64,000 nucleotides of DNA from contig JAJRZR010000063.1 of assembly GCA_024275145.1 (NCBI GenBank), forward strand, positions 1,231 to 65,230, in the 5' to 3' direction. Position 1 is the first letter of the stretch, and each line of letters opens with the position of its first letter. Shown here piece after piece: positions 12,044 to 21,221 of the stretch. The notes under the pieces are model-generated. The model made no database searches. It had not been told where the DNA came from and saw nothing but the letters and a program-made list of their open reading frames with translations. Made by a program: the position numbers and the translations under genes. This DNA comes from Deltaproteobacteria bacterium (GTDB lineage: Bacteria > Desulfobacterota > Dissulfuribacteria > Dissulfuribacterales > QOAL01).

Positions 12044-12784
12044 ATGGATATGCAAAAAGATAAAGGCAAGGATGTTGGTCCAGTGACGGGGCTTCCACCG
12101 GATATTTCTGTTCCTGATTCGGTAAAGGATATCTATGGACGGCTCAAGGCCAAATATAGGCTAGAATTCGATCACCTTTCGATAAAAGGCAGGCCGTTTT
12201 TCTTCCTGAAGGTTGCCGATATTGAACCGCTCATTGCAGGCAAGGATATCTTCAAGGATGCAGCAGACTTCCCCTTTTGGGTCAAGATTTGGGAGGCCGC
12301 CGTTGTAATGGCCCACTTCATGGCACGTAGCACACCTATTCCGGGTCATAAGGTTCTTGAAATAGGCGCTGGCCTGGGGGTGGCCGGCATCGTGGCATCT
12401 GCCTTTGGCCATGATGTGACCGTTACCGACTACACGGATGAGATACTCGATTTTGTGCGGGTCTCATCAGCGGTCAACGGGTGCAGTCCGGCCTGTGCCA
12501 CATTGGATTGGAATAATCCGTCGGAACTGGGCCTCTTTGATACCCTGATCGGTTCAGAGGTCCTTTTCCACGAGAAATTCTTCGATCCTCTCCTAGAGGT
12601 TTTTTCTAGATATCTGGCACCTGGTGGGACTATTTACTTGGCCCACGATGTCAGAAGAAAAAGTGTCAGGCCATTTCTGGAAAGATGTGAAGAGCGTTAT
12701 GAGATAGCGGCCCAAAAGCAGGTTCTACGTTCCGACGATGAGACCATTGAGGTTATACTTGCAAGATTGCGGCAAAGGGCTTGA
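12044..12784 (+). CDS. Class I SAM-dependent methyltransferase (Methyltransf_16 / protein-lysine MTase-like)
   Basis: 246-aa ORF; motif I VLEIGAGLGVAGIVASAFG, acidic post-I residue (VTVTDY), upstream WEAAVVMAHF typical of the METTL21/FAM86-like group. Confidence 0.7.
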   Translation: MDMQKDKGKDVGPVTGLPPDISVPDSVKDIYGRLKAKYRLEFDHLSIKGRPFFFLKVADIEPLIAGKDIFKDAADFPFWVKIWEAAVVMAHFMARSTPIPGHKVLEIGAGLGVAGIVASAFGHDVTVTDYTDEILDFVRVSSAVNGCSPACATLDWNNPSELGLFDTLIGSEVLFHEKFFDPLLEVFSRYLAPGGTIYLAHDVRRKSVRPFLERCEERYEIAAQKQVLRSDDETIEVILARLRQRA

Positions 12785-12863
12785 TTTTACCCATTATTCA
12801 TTCCATGCCTTCTTAACGTACGGTTTGATTGTCTGGCCTGGATATGGAAGAAGCCATCTGGGT

Positions 12864-13118
12864 CTAATCCCTTGAATACCCAGGAATGTTGATATTCGTA
12901 CAGCTTCCCGATTTACATCTATACTCCTGTACGGAAGGCCTACTACTGCTGGCCTTCCCACTACCACTATCCACGGAGATATTTGGAGCACTCATGAGCT
13001 TTCCCACCTCAGGGCTTTGACACTTGGGGCATCGAACGTTTCCCATCTCTTTTTTAGTCATCAAGAGCAGTTCAAATACATAATCACAGCTTCTGCATTG
13101 GAATTCATGGATTGGCAT
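12864..13118 (-). CDS. FmdB-family zinc-ribbon protein
   Basis: 84-aa ORF starting MPIHEFQCRSCDYVFE with a second CPKC pair (CxxC...CxxC), the FmdB/CxxC_CxxC_SSSS signature. Confidence 0.75.
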   Translation of the reverse strand: MPIHEFQCRSCDYVFELLLMTKKEMGNVRCPKCQSPEVGKLMSAPNISVDSGSGKASSSRPSVQEYRCKSGSCTNINIPGYSRD

Positions 13119-13285
13119 ATGTTTCCTCCAATATCAGGTCGAGCCATCTGAAAGGCCTTACCCCCTTTTATACCAGATGGCCGATGGTGTGGTTTTATTG
13201 GCCAAGGAGGGCCTTAGCACGACCGTAGCCCGGCCCTTTCCCATGCATTTTCTGCAAACTTGCAACCTCCATGACCTGGAATCTG

Positions 13286-13323
13286 GGAAAATAAAAAGGA
13301 AGGGGGAGACAAGCCCCTTCCTT
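13286..13323 (-). terminator. Rho-independent terminator of the DUF3373 porin gene
   Basis: Minus strand: GGAAGGGG-CTTGTCTC-CCCCTTCC followed by TTTTTATTTTCC, 40 nt after the stop codon. Confidence 0.75.
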
Positions 13324-13360
13324 CCAGGATTATTTATCTAACGGATTACTACAGTATTTT

Positions 13361-15133
13361 CTAGAAATATACCTCAAAGGTGAGATAGAAGTTCTGCAAT
13401 TTGTCCAGAGGCATGAACATCTGGGCATTCATCGGATCATCAAGGTCATCTACATCGATTGGTTTCCCTAGCCATGATCCACTACCGGTATAATTTATCC
13501 AGTAATACTGGTAACCTGCCCTGACAAATGCCCTGCCATATTTTGATAGCGGGGTTTCGGGGATATCCCATATCCAGTAGACCTCACCTACATGACCCCT
13601 AGTGGCAAGCTTTGAAAGATACAGGTCGTCAGCCGCTGGGGTAAAGTTGATCCAGTAACGAGAGCCATAGTTGTACTCAAACCCAACCTTGCTATTGAGT
13701 TGTTCAAGAGGGACCCTGGCGCCAACATAGGTTGCCCATCCCCAGTGATTTTCGTCTTCGCCGGGATTGTTCAATAGGCCTGCGCCCATATAGCCATGAC
13801 CCCGACTATCCGTGCGGCTCACCCCTGCGCTGAAGAACCAGTCTATTCCGCGGAATTGGTTCATGTAGACACCACTTACATGATAGATGTCTCCCAGTTC
13901 ACCGGTTGCATTGGTGGGAAGCCCTCTGTTATTGGTATTTTCCATAAAGTCAGGTACATCGGCTGCCTTGAACAACTGGATGTTTGAAAATACGTGGTCA
14001 TCCGGTTCGTTGATTATGTCCCAGCTTATGCCGTACAGATCCACATCGTCCAACTTGTGATCCCTGTATTTGAATCCTGACTCGAATCCACGGCCATAAC
14101 ATATGCGGATCTTGCCTGGCCACGGGTTGAAGTACTGGTAACCAATGGTGGCCCCATCGAATGTCCAATCTACCCCCAGGGCAACCGGTGTAGCGTAACG
14201 TTTGTCATAATTGTATTTGAGCTGAAGCGGTGGACCATCAACCGTGGGGCGGCGTCCCACGGAGAACCAGATAGGCAGGTCAGCGATATTGGTCCAGTTG
14301 ACATAGGCATTTTCTACGCGTAGGACCGCATCATTGGGCCTGCGGCTTATGTTCGGATCCCAGGCAAAACCGTTTTGGGCGAAGAACGGGGCAGCGGTGG
14401 CCCTTGCGGTTTCCATACCCCAGATCTTGTACATGGCAATGCGGCCTTTGAAATTGATGTTATCCGTGGCCTGTGCCTTTATGTTGAAGCGGAGGCGTGT
14501 GGTATATAAGGTGTCATTGTCAGGATTGAACCCAGAGGTCTTGTGGAAATTCATGGCGTTTAACAGGGCAACCCTCTGATCCTTGTTGAGGCTCCCCATC
14601 AGGCCTTGAATTACACCCATTCTCTGTTCGACGCTCATACTGTCCCACTGTGCCATGACGGCACCCATCTGGGCCTGCAGGGCGGGGGACAGGGATGGAA
14701 GCATAGGGGTCATGAATGCCCCCAGGCTTGCGGCATCATAGCCTGCCATTGTTCCCATGGCCGACTGTATGGTATCTGCTGCCCAGTATCCCTTGACATG
14801 GGCCCTTGCAGAATCCAGCCTGAAGCGGAAGTCACCAGAAAAGTCAAACCGGTCCACCCCGTTTACAGTCACATCTTCAAGTTTCTCAGAGACATCATTC
14901 ACCGTATCCATGGTTTCCTGCTGTTGTTCCTTGACGGCCTTGACCGTGTGCATGGCCTTCTGCTGTTGTGCCCGTACCTCGTTCAGTTGCTGTTTGACCT
15001 GTTCGAGTTCTCTGCTGAGCATATCGATCTTGTTCAACAGCTCTTCAGTGCTGGGAGCGGCGTAACCGCCGGCAATGGCCATTGCCGGGAAAATCAAGGT
15101 AAATGCCAAGAATCCAAACCACAGCCTTTTCAT
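13361..15133 (-). CDS. Outer-membrane beta-barrel protein with N-terminal coiled coil (DUF3373-like putative porin)
   Basis: ORF 13361-15190; signal peptide MKRLWFGFLAFTLIFPAMAIAGG from ATG 15133; heptad/Gln-rich segment followed by alternating aromatic beta-strand pattern ending ...YLTFEVYF. Confidence 0.7.
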   Translation of the reverse strand: MKRLWFGFLAFTLIFPAMAIAGGYAAPSTEELLNKIDMLSRELEQVKQQLNEVRAQQQKAMHTVKAVKEQQQETMDTVNDVSEKLEDVTVNGVDRFDFSGDFRFRLDSARAHVKGYWAADTIQSAMGTMAGYDAASLGAFMTPMLPSLSPALQAQMGAVMAQWDSMSVEQRMGVIQGLMGSLNKDQRVALLNAMNFHKTSGFNPDNDTLYTTRLRFNIKAQATDNINFKGRIAMYKIWGMETARATAAPFFAQNGFAWDPNISRRPNDAVLRVENAYVNWTNIADLPIWFSVGRRPTVDGPPLQLKYNYDKRYATPVALGVDWTFDGATIGYQYFNPWPGKIRICYGRGFESGFKYRDHKLDDVDLYGISWDIINEPDDHVFSNIQLFKAADVPDFMENTNNRGLPTNATGELGDIYHVSGVYMNQFRGIDWFFSAGVSRTDSRGHGYMGAGLLNNPGEDENHWGWATYVGARVPLEQLNSKVGFEYNYGSRYWINFTPAADDLYLSKLATRGHVGEVYWIWDIPETPLSKYGRAFVRAGYQYYWINYTGSGSWLGKPIDVDDLDDPMNAQMFMPLDKLQNFYLTFEVYF

Positions 15134-15320
15134 AAACAGATTCCCTCCGTTGTTGGTTAAGATTAGAAGATTTATAAATAGAGTGATCATTAAAGCTTAA
15201 GTGAGGTTTGTATTAAAAAAAGCTTGACCTGTCAAGCGCATAATGTAGGAATGAACCCATGGTAAATCCTGTACTTATGATGTTTCTCATGGGTAGGGCC
15301 ATGGGATATTGGGGTGAAAA

Positions 15321-15704
15321 ATGCGATTATTTAAGGCGCCGTGTAATTTGGACGTAGAAGATTTTATTAAGAGGTTGAAATCGTATCCTGACAGTAAAAA
15401 TGCCGGTATGGTGCTCATACACAATGGTATAGTCCGGGCTACCAGCAGGAACGGGGACGATGTTTTTTCTATGGAAGTGACGGCGGATGAAGATCGTCTC
15501 GGTGAGATCATATCATGGGCCAGTGGCCTTCCGGGGATTTTGGCTGTAGATGCCGAGGTAGTTACCGGCAGGCTTTATGTTTGAGATGATATAATGCTTT
15601 TGGGGGTTGCAGGGGATGTGAGGCAAAACGTAATCCATGCACTTGCTGTCACCCTGGATCGCATAAAACAAGAGGTAACGAAAAAACAGGAGTTTAGTGC
15701 TTGA
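15321..15704 (+). CDS. MoaE-like protein interrupted by an in-frame TGA at 15582-15584 (pseudogene, sequence error or recoding)
   Basis: Called ORF 15321-15584 (87 aa; GMVLIHNGIVRATSRNG resembles the MoaE FxGxVR motif). The same frame continues DDIMLLGVAGDVRQNVIHALAVTLDRIKQEVTKKQEFSA to TGA 15702-15704, matching the MoaE C-terminal half. Confidence 0.5.
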
Positions 15705-16315
15705 GCTGGTTGAGGTCACTTGACGAGAAGGATCAGATAATTTTCGTCTGCCGCAGGCTTTACGAAAAGGGATTGGTTGCTGGGGCAGATGGCAACATCA
15801 GCATGATGTTGTCTGGAGGGAACAGTGTCCTGATAACTTCAAGCGGTACTCACAAGGGACTGTTGACCCGCGACGATCTGTTGACAGTGGGAATGGATGG
15901 AAAGGTGGTCAAAGGCCATGGGCATCCGTCTTCAGAGTTGGCGATGCATCTTGCCATATATGCCGCTGAGGAAAGAACCAAGGCGATAATCCATGTCCAT
16001 CCGCCGTGGACCCTCGCGGTTACCCTGTCCAGGGGGATCTTTCCAGTAGATTATCTCGTGGAGTCAAGGATGCTGCTGAAGGATGTACCCGTCGTGCCGT
16101 TCAGGAGACCGGGTGGAGAGGGCCTGGCCAGGGAGGTTGTGAACCTGTTGGGAGAAGGTCCTGCCATAGTGCTCGCAAATCATGGGGCCGTTACCAGGGG
16201 GAAAACGATCCAAGAGGCCTTCTGCGCGGCAGAGTGCCTGGAGAATACGGCCAAGATCTTTGCCCTTGGCAGCATGCTGGGTACTCCGCGCCCTATCCCG
16301 AATTGGAAGGGCTGA
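15701..16315 (+). CDS. Class II aldolase/adducin-family protein (fuculose-phosphate aldolase / MTRu-1-P dehydratase-like)
   Basis: 204-aa ORF, TTG start; motifs GNISMM, PSSELAMHLAIY, IIHVHPPWT, ANHGAVTRG. Confidence 0.85.
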   Translation: MSWLRSLDEKDQIIFVCRRLYEKGLVAGADGNISMMLSGGNSVLITSSGTHKGLLTRDDLLTVGMDGKVVKGHGHPSSELAMHLAIYAAEERTKAIIHVHPPWTLAVTLSRGIFPVDYLVESRMLLKDVPVVPFRRPGGEGLAREVVNLLGEGPAIVLANHGAVTRGKTIQEAFCAAECLENTAKIFALGSMLGTPRPIPNWKG

Positions 16316-17234
16316 GCATGCCTCTTTCTGCATCCAGCACGTACAGGCCGCCTATCAACACCGGATAGTTGTCAGGGACGTGTCCGATTGGTAGTCCGTA
16401 GATCACAGGGATACCCAAGGTCTTGAACCGGTCCTCCAGTAGACTGATAAGGGTTTCTTCAGGAAAGCCCGTATCCTTCAGGCTTCCGATCGCCAGCCCT
16501 GCCAGTTTGTTTAAGCGGCTGCTGAGCAGCAGGTGGGTCAGCATTCTGTCTATCCTGTACAGGGGTTCCCTGTGGTCTTCCAATACCAGTATCGCATTCT
16601 CCCAGGGAGGTTCAAAGGGTGTTCCTATCGTATGACAGATGCAGGTAAGGTTCCCGCCTATCAGGACGCCCTTTGCCCGTCCGTGAAAGAGTCCCTTCCC
16701 GGCCAGTTCTGGCAGCTCACCCATGATGGCATGCCAGAGGGCTTGTCTTGCGTCGTTCGAAACGGTCTGGAGGGAGGTGATCATGGGGGCGTGCAGGGAG
16801 ACCAAGCCCCTGGAACTTATGGCCGCATGGATGAATGTCAGGTCGCTATATCCTATAATTATTGGGGAATGCCGGGTAAGGAGATTCCAATCCACCCCCT
16901 TGAGCCAGCGCATGCACCCGTAACCACCCCTAACCCCCCATATGAAGTCGAGGTAATAACTTGATATCATTTCTTCGAAGCGTCGTGCTTGGTTCTGGTC
17001 CGTGTCTGCCAGATATGCAAAAGGGCTTTGCCCTATTGGAATGATTCCTTCCCTGGGGTATTCAAGCTGTAAAAACGGTGCCTCCCTTTCAATTAGTGCA
17101 AGGCTGCACCTGAGTTCTCCGGATGGGGAGGGGCTTGCTGGTAAAAGGGGGGCCAGTCTGTATTTTTGGTTGTTATCTCTATGCGAATTATGCAATAGGC
17201 CTTCCGAAGCACTCGATTGACAAGTTGTTGTCAA
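16293..17234 (-). CDS. ldcA: LD-carboxypeptidase (peptidase S66, LdcA-like)
   Basis: 313-aa ORF; nucleophile motif GYSDLTFIH, downstream LEDHREP and GLPIGHV motifs; start codon uncertain. Confidence 0.8.
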   Translation of the reverse strand: MTTTCQSSASEGLLHNSHRDNNQKYRLAPLLPASPSPSGELRCSLALIEREAPFLQLEYPREGIIPIGQSPFAYLADTDQNQARRFEEMISSYYLDFIWGVRGGYGCMRWLKGVDWNLLTRHSPIIIGYSDLTFIHAAISSRGLVSLHAPMITSLQTVSNDARQALWHAIMGELPELAGKGLFHGRAKGVLIGGNLTCICHTIGTPFEPPWENAILVLEDHREPLYRIDRMLTHLLLSSRLNKLAGLAIGSLKDTGFPEETLISLLEDRFKTLGIPVIYGLPIGHVPDNYPVLIGGLYVLDAERGMLSPSNSG

Positions 17235-17483
17235 GTACTTATTTTATCATCCAGTTTCATAAGACCATTAACAGATCATGGGCGACTGCCGACATTCCCA
17301 TCAATATATAAATATCACAATTATTAGATATTGTAATCTAGTCGAGATGGGTTTCCACCCTTTATGAACCGTGGTTCCTGGAGATGGACTGTAAAGGTAA
17401 GGAAATAGCGGTATGGACCTCTACGGGCCGATGGCCTGCCAGGTACACGGAGCCGGTAGTTGTCCGAATAGGGCATTGAACCA

Positions 17484-18437
17484 TTGAATAGCCAGAAGGA
17501 TTATTATAAAATTCTTGGGGTGGCCAAGGATGCCTCTGCCGATGAGATAAAAAGGGCCTTCAGGAGGCTGGCCATAAAATATCATCCCGATAAGAACAGG
17601 GGTGACGAGGCGGCAGCGGAACGTTTCAAGGAAATCAACGAGGCCTATGCAGTGCTGAGCAATCCGGAAAAAAGGAAACAGTACGACGCCTTTGGCTCAG
17701 GTGAATTCCACAGGAGATATTCCCAGGAGGATATATTCCAGGACTTTGATTTTTCCGATGTGTTCAAGGACCTGGGAATGGGGGCGGATATATTTACCAG
17801 GATGTTTTTTGGCGGTGGCAGGACTGGTGCCGGCTTTGAGGATATCTTTTCTCAGTCTTTTAAGGATGCCGGTGCAGGAAGATACACCAGCCAGGGCACC
17901 TATGGATTCCAGCAATCCAAGCCAAGGGGCAGGGATGTCGTCCTGGATCTGAAAATTACCCCCCAGGAGGCGATGGAGGGGACAAAAAAGATTATTTCGC
18001 TTCATACCGGCGGTCAGCCAGAAAGGATATCGGTCAAGGTGCCCAGAGGGATCAAGGCCGGCATGAGGATCAGGGTCAAGGGCAAGGGAATCCCTGGCCC
18101 TGGTGGCAGGGGAGACCTGTATCTGCGTATAGGGATGCTGGTTCCCCCTGGTTTCAGGATTAATGGGGCCGACGTAGAGATAGATCACTCGATCCGCTTC
18201 TCAGAGGCCTGCCTGGGGACACAAATAGAGGTGCCCACCCTTGATAATCGGCATGTACGCCTGAAGGTTCCTGCGGGTACGGCGTGCGGGCAAAAATTGC
18301 GTCTGAGGGGCAAGGGCCTGGTCAATGCCAATGGTATGAGGGGAGATCAATTGGTCAGGATCATAGTGGACGTGCCCCGGCGCCTTACAAGAAGACAGAA
18401 GAAACTTATCCAGGAACTGATCAGGGAAGGGCTCTAG
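17484..18437 (+). CDS. cbpA: J-domain co-chaperone, CbpA-type (DnaJ without zinc finger)
   Basis: 317-aa ORF (TTG start); J domain DYYKILGV...KYHPDKN, G/F-rich linker, two C-terminal DnaJ_C repeats, no CxxCxGxG zinc-finger repeats. Confidence 0.85.
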   Translation: MNSQKDYYKILGVAKDASADEIKRAFRRLAIKYHPDKNRGDEAAAERFKEINEAYAVLSNPEKRKQYDAFGSGEFHRRYSQEDIFQDFDFSDVFKDLGMGADIFTRMFFGGGRTGAGFEDIFSQSFKDAGAGRYTSQGTYGFQQSKPRGRDVVLDLKITPQEAMEGTKKIISLHTGGQPERISVKVPRGIKAGMRIRVKGKGIPGPGGRGDLYLRIGMLVPPGFRINGADVEIDHSIRFSEACLGTQIEVPTLDNRHVRLKVPAGTACGQKLRLRGKGLVNANGMRGDQLVRIIVDVPRRLTRRQKKLIQELIREGL

Positions 18438-18476
18438 CCTTGTTTAGTGGGCAGGGGTTTCCTTTTTTATAAGGGC

Positions 18477-18503
18477 GGCGGCCAGGATATGTCCTGGGCC
18501 GCC
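18477..18503. terminator. GC-rich hairpin between convergent cbpA and csgG-like genes
   Basis: GGCGGCCAGGA-TAT-GTCCTGGGCCGCC (one bulge); a T-run precedes it on the plus strand; a bidirectional role is possible. Confidence 0.4.
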
Positions 18504-18519
18504 TATTACATTTGGATGG

Positions 18520-19293
18520 TTATCTCTTGAAATATTTCGGTGGTGTATTGTTTACGATGAACTTTACTGCCTCGTACATGCAGTTTCTGATGGCCTTTTC
18601 CATCGGGGTTTTGGCATAGGCACCAAGGCCACCTCCAAGCGGGGTGCTGCCAATGACACCACCAAGAAGTCCGCCCGCAGATATAGCCCTTGCGGTTCCT
18701 TCGACCCTGGTTGCAGCAAGCACCTCGGAGGTATCCACATCAATTATCCTTATATCCATGGCCATCGAGGTCTTGCTGAATGCCCCGGTTACTCCTCCCA
18801 GCACGTTGCCGAACAGGCCGCCCAATGCGCCTCGGGCCCCGGATGTTCCTGGTTCCCAGCCGGTTACGGAGCCAACTATTATCAGGTCCGCCTCCTTGAT
18901 CTTTCCCTTTCGGCTCTTTTTATTCCTGGTGTAGCCTTGTTCCCGGAGTTTCATCTCCTCGGTAAGCGCTCCGAAATCCTGCCTTTCCAGCACCCGGAAA
19001 CACCTCGTCTGTACCAGGCTTGTCACGAGCATATCCCTGAGCCCTGTCATCACGCCTGATTCATGGCTGATAGTATAGGTCCCTCCTGGCCCTCTGATCG
19101 TAGTCCCTCCACCACCGCCTACACGCCAGTCGAACCGGGCTACAGCCACCTTGGCCTTGCCGGGGCATGAAAAGGACTGCTGTGCCATGGTATTATCGAC
19201 CTTGGCGGTCGGCTGAACCATGGATTCACAGCCGGTAAGCATCAGCATGAGTGCTGCAGAGAGGCCCAAGAGCATAAAGATATGTTTCCCCAT
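18520..19293 (-). CDS. CsgG/HfaB-family lipoprotein
   Basis: 257-aa ORF; lipobox LMLTGC; CsgG-like core (VAVARFDWRVGGGG..., VLERQDFGALTEEMKL, GSVTGWEPGTSG). Confidence 0.75.
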   Translation of the reverse strand: MGKHIFMLLGLSAALMLMLTGCESMVQPTAKVDNTMAQQSFSCPGKAKVAVARFDWRVGGGGGTTIRGPGGTYTISHESGVMTGLRDMLVTSLVQTRCFRVLERQDFGALTEEMKLREQGYTRNKKSRKGKIKEADLIIVGSVTGWEPGTSGARGALGGLFGNVLGGVTGAFSKTSMAMDIRIIDVDTSEVLAATRVEGTARAISAGGLLGGVIGSTPLGGGLGAYAKTPMEKAIRNCMYEAVKFIVNNTPPKYFKR

Positions 19294-19623
19294 AATACCT
19301 CCTTAAGCATTGATGTAGTAAGCCTCCATGGGGATACCAATAACTTCATTGGCGGGGCAATTGGAATGCACAGAGAAACAAGCCTGTATGCCCCTTGCCT
19401 TAAGCCTGGTACCCTATGAAGGTCCTAAAAGTGCGGGGTTGGTGAAACCGCACATGCTTTCAATCCTGAGATCGGTTATAAACAGAAATCCCTGAAGAAA
19501 TATTCTCTGACCCTATGGCTAGTGCCGAGCCAGCCCTGCGTTGCACTATTGACTCAACACTGGATCCCAATTCCTTATGTCGGCCATACTTTTTGATATC
19601 ACTGTAGCCTGTCAGCCTCAAAT

Positions 19624-21030
19624 CTATAGGGCGTTTTCCATGATATATTTTTTTATCAGGGCGGTATCTGCCAGCATGACCTTACAGCGAACATCCCTTT
19701 CTTCCAACCCCCTCATGGATTCAGGCCGTTCAGGCTCCCTTCCTATAGCCTTTCTTACCGCATCTGGGAATTTTGCAGGATGGGCCGTGGCAAGACATAC
19801 CATAGGTCCTTCGAGTATCTGTGACTTGAGCCTTCTTGCTCCGGCTACTCCTACTGCCGTATGCGGATCAAGCACGTAACCACAGTCCTGATAGGTTTCC
19901 CTTATGGCCGCAAGGGTTTCTTCCTGGTCTACGGATGTCGAGGCAAAATCCTTTCTTATTTGTGAGCGTTCCTCCTGGGAAAAGATTATCTCTCCACCTG
20001 CCTGGAATCCCTCCATGGCATTTCTGACCCTTTCTGGCCTATGGCCATAGAGGTAGTAGAGATAACGTTCGAAGTTGCTTGCCACTTGAATGTCCATTGA
20101 AGGGCTGATGGTCGGTACGACACAACCTCTTGAGTATCTGCCTTCAAGTACGAACCGGGTAAGAATATTGTTTTCATTGGTGGCAAGTATCAGGCGGCCG
20201 ATAAGGGGATTAATCATTCGTCGTGCCAGGAAACCGGCAAATATATCCCCAAAATTTCCGGTTGGAACCGAGAAATTGACCCTCCTGGCCCCTGCCCTGG
20301 AAACGAGTTTCAAGGCGGCATAAATGTAATAGACTACCTGGGCGAGTATCCTGGCCCAGTTGATGGAGTTGATCGATCCAAGCCGATATCTGGTCTTGAA
20401 GTCCAGGTCATTGAATATCTCCTTGACTATGTTCTGGCAATCGTCAAACGTACCCTCTACGGCAAGATTGAAGACATTTTTGTCAGGGACAGTGGTCATC
20501 TGCAGGGCCTGTACAGGACTTACCCGACCCTTGGGATGCAATATGAATATATTTATGTTCTCTTTTCCCTTGACTCCGTATATGGCGGCGCTGCCGGTAT
20601 CTCCTGATGTGGCACCAAGTATATTCATGCACGAACGTTGTTCTTCGAGTAGTAGAGAGAAGATGTTCCCCAGGAATTGAAGGGCTATGTCTTTGAACGC
20701 AAGGGTGGGGCCATGAAAGAGCTCCAGGACGTATTCCTTGCCGGTGTTTATCACAGGGGTGACTTCAGTGGTATCGAAGGTAGCATATGACCTTTCAACG
20801 ATCTGCTCTATCGTGGCACGTGGTATATCATCAACGAAGAGTCCTATGATTTCACAGGCAAGTGCCTGATAATCCAACTCCTGCCATCTGGCGATGGTTG
20901 CTTGGTCAATGGAGGGTATACGATTCGGCAGGAGCAACCCTCCATCGGTGGCAAGCCCCATCATCACCGCTTGTTTGAATTTTAGTGGCTCGACCCGTCC
21001 CCGGGTGCTTATATATTCCATGTTTTGCAT
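19624..21030 (-). CDS. thrC: Threonine synthase
   Basis: 468-aa ORF; PLP-lysine motif FHGPTLAFKDIALQ and long-form ThrC architecture. Confidence 0.93.
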   Translation of the reverse strand: MQNMEYISTRGRVEPLKFKQAVMMGLATDGGLLLPNRIPSIDQATIARWQELDYQALACEIIGLFVDDIPRATIEQIVERSYATFDTTEVTPVINTGKEYVLELFHGPTLAFKDIALQFLGNIFSLLLEEQRSCMNILGATSGDTGSAAIYGVKGKENINIFILHPKGRVSPVQALQMTTVPDKNVFNLAVEGTFDDCQNIVKEIFNDLDFKTRYRLGSINSINWARILAQVVYYIYAALKLVSRAGARRVNFSVPTGNFGDIFAGFLARRMINPLIGRLILATNENNILTRFVLEGRYSRGCVVPTISPSMDIQVASNFERYLYYLYGHRPERVRNAMEGFQAGGEIIFSQEERSQIRKDFASTSVDQEETLAAIRETYQDCGYVLDPHTAVGVAGARRLKSQILEGPMVCLATAHPAKFPDAVRKAIGREPERPESMRGLEERDVRCKVMLADTALIKKYIMENAL

Positions 21031-21101
21031 GTTAGGTCTGAATCAGGTGCGTTTTTTCATACCTATATGGTTGCTTGCCCGAACATCCTGCCAGGCATGA
21101 A

Positions 21102-21169
21102 CCCGGATTATGCAGCTCGCAAGTTTGCCGAAGAATTTTATTTATTCAGCACTTGAAGTGCATAATTTG
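21102..21169. mobile_element. MITE-like element A (68 bp, two inverted termini only)
   Basis: Left end CCCGGATTATGCAGCTCGCAAGTTTGCC and right end (rc) CAAATTATGCACTTCAAGTGCTGAATAAATA match both ends of element B (41230-41482). The left end also matches the right terminus of the IS at 38407-40078. Confidence 0.7.
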
Positions 21170-21221
21170 CAGCTCTCCGGCGGTATTTTATCCTGGGCCA
21201 TACACCTCAGGTACCTGAGAA

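Noticed and set aside
12783-12850. Partial similarity, on the minus strand, of GGAATGAATAATGGGTAAAAT to the 3' arm region of copy S3.
   Set aside because: Only about 16/22 positions match and no matching 5' arm is present. This may be chance in AT-rich sequence.
15582-15584. TGA reassigned to glycine (genetic code 25), which would explain the MoaE-like in-frame TGA at a Gly column.
   Set aside because: TGA clearly terminates well-conserved genes in this same window at their expected ends, for example nusG at 553-555 and rplA at 1841-1843. A global reassignment is therefore excluded.
15582-15650. Selenocysteine insertion at the MoaE-like TGA.
   Set aside because: I could fold no convincing SECIS-like hairpin within ~40 nt downstream; there is only a 5-bp UUUUG/CAAAA pairing around a 24-nt loop. 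There is no nearby Cys/redox motif, and the column is Gly/Pro in homologues. This is not fully excluded without a SECIS scan.
19421-19466. A possible additional degenerate member of the hairpin family (GGTCCTAAAAGTGCGG...CCGCACATGCTTTCAATCC).
   Set aside because: Only the inner GTGCGG/CCGCAC stem is solid, and similarity to the family arms is weak. It is not counted as a copy.
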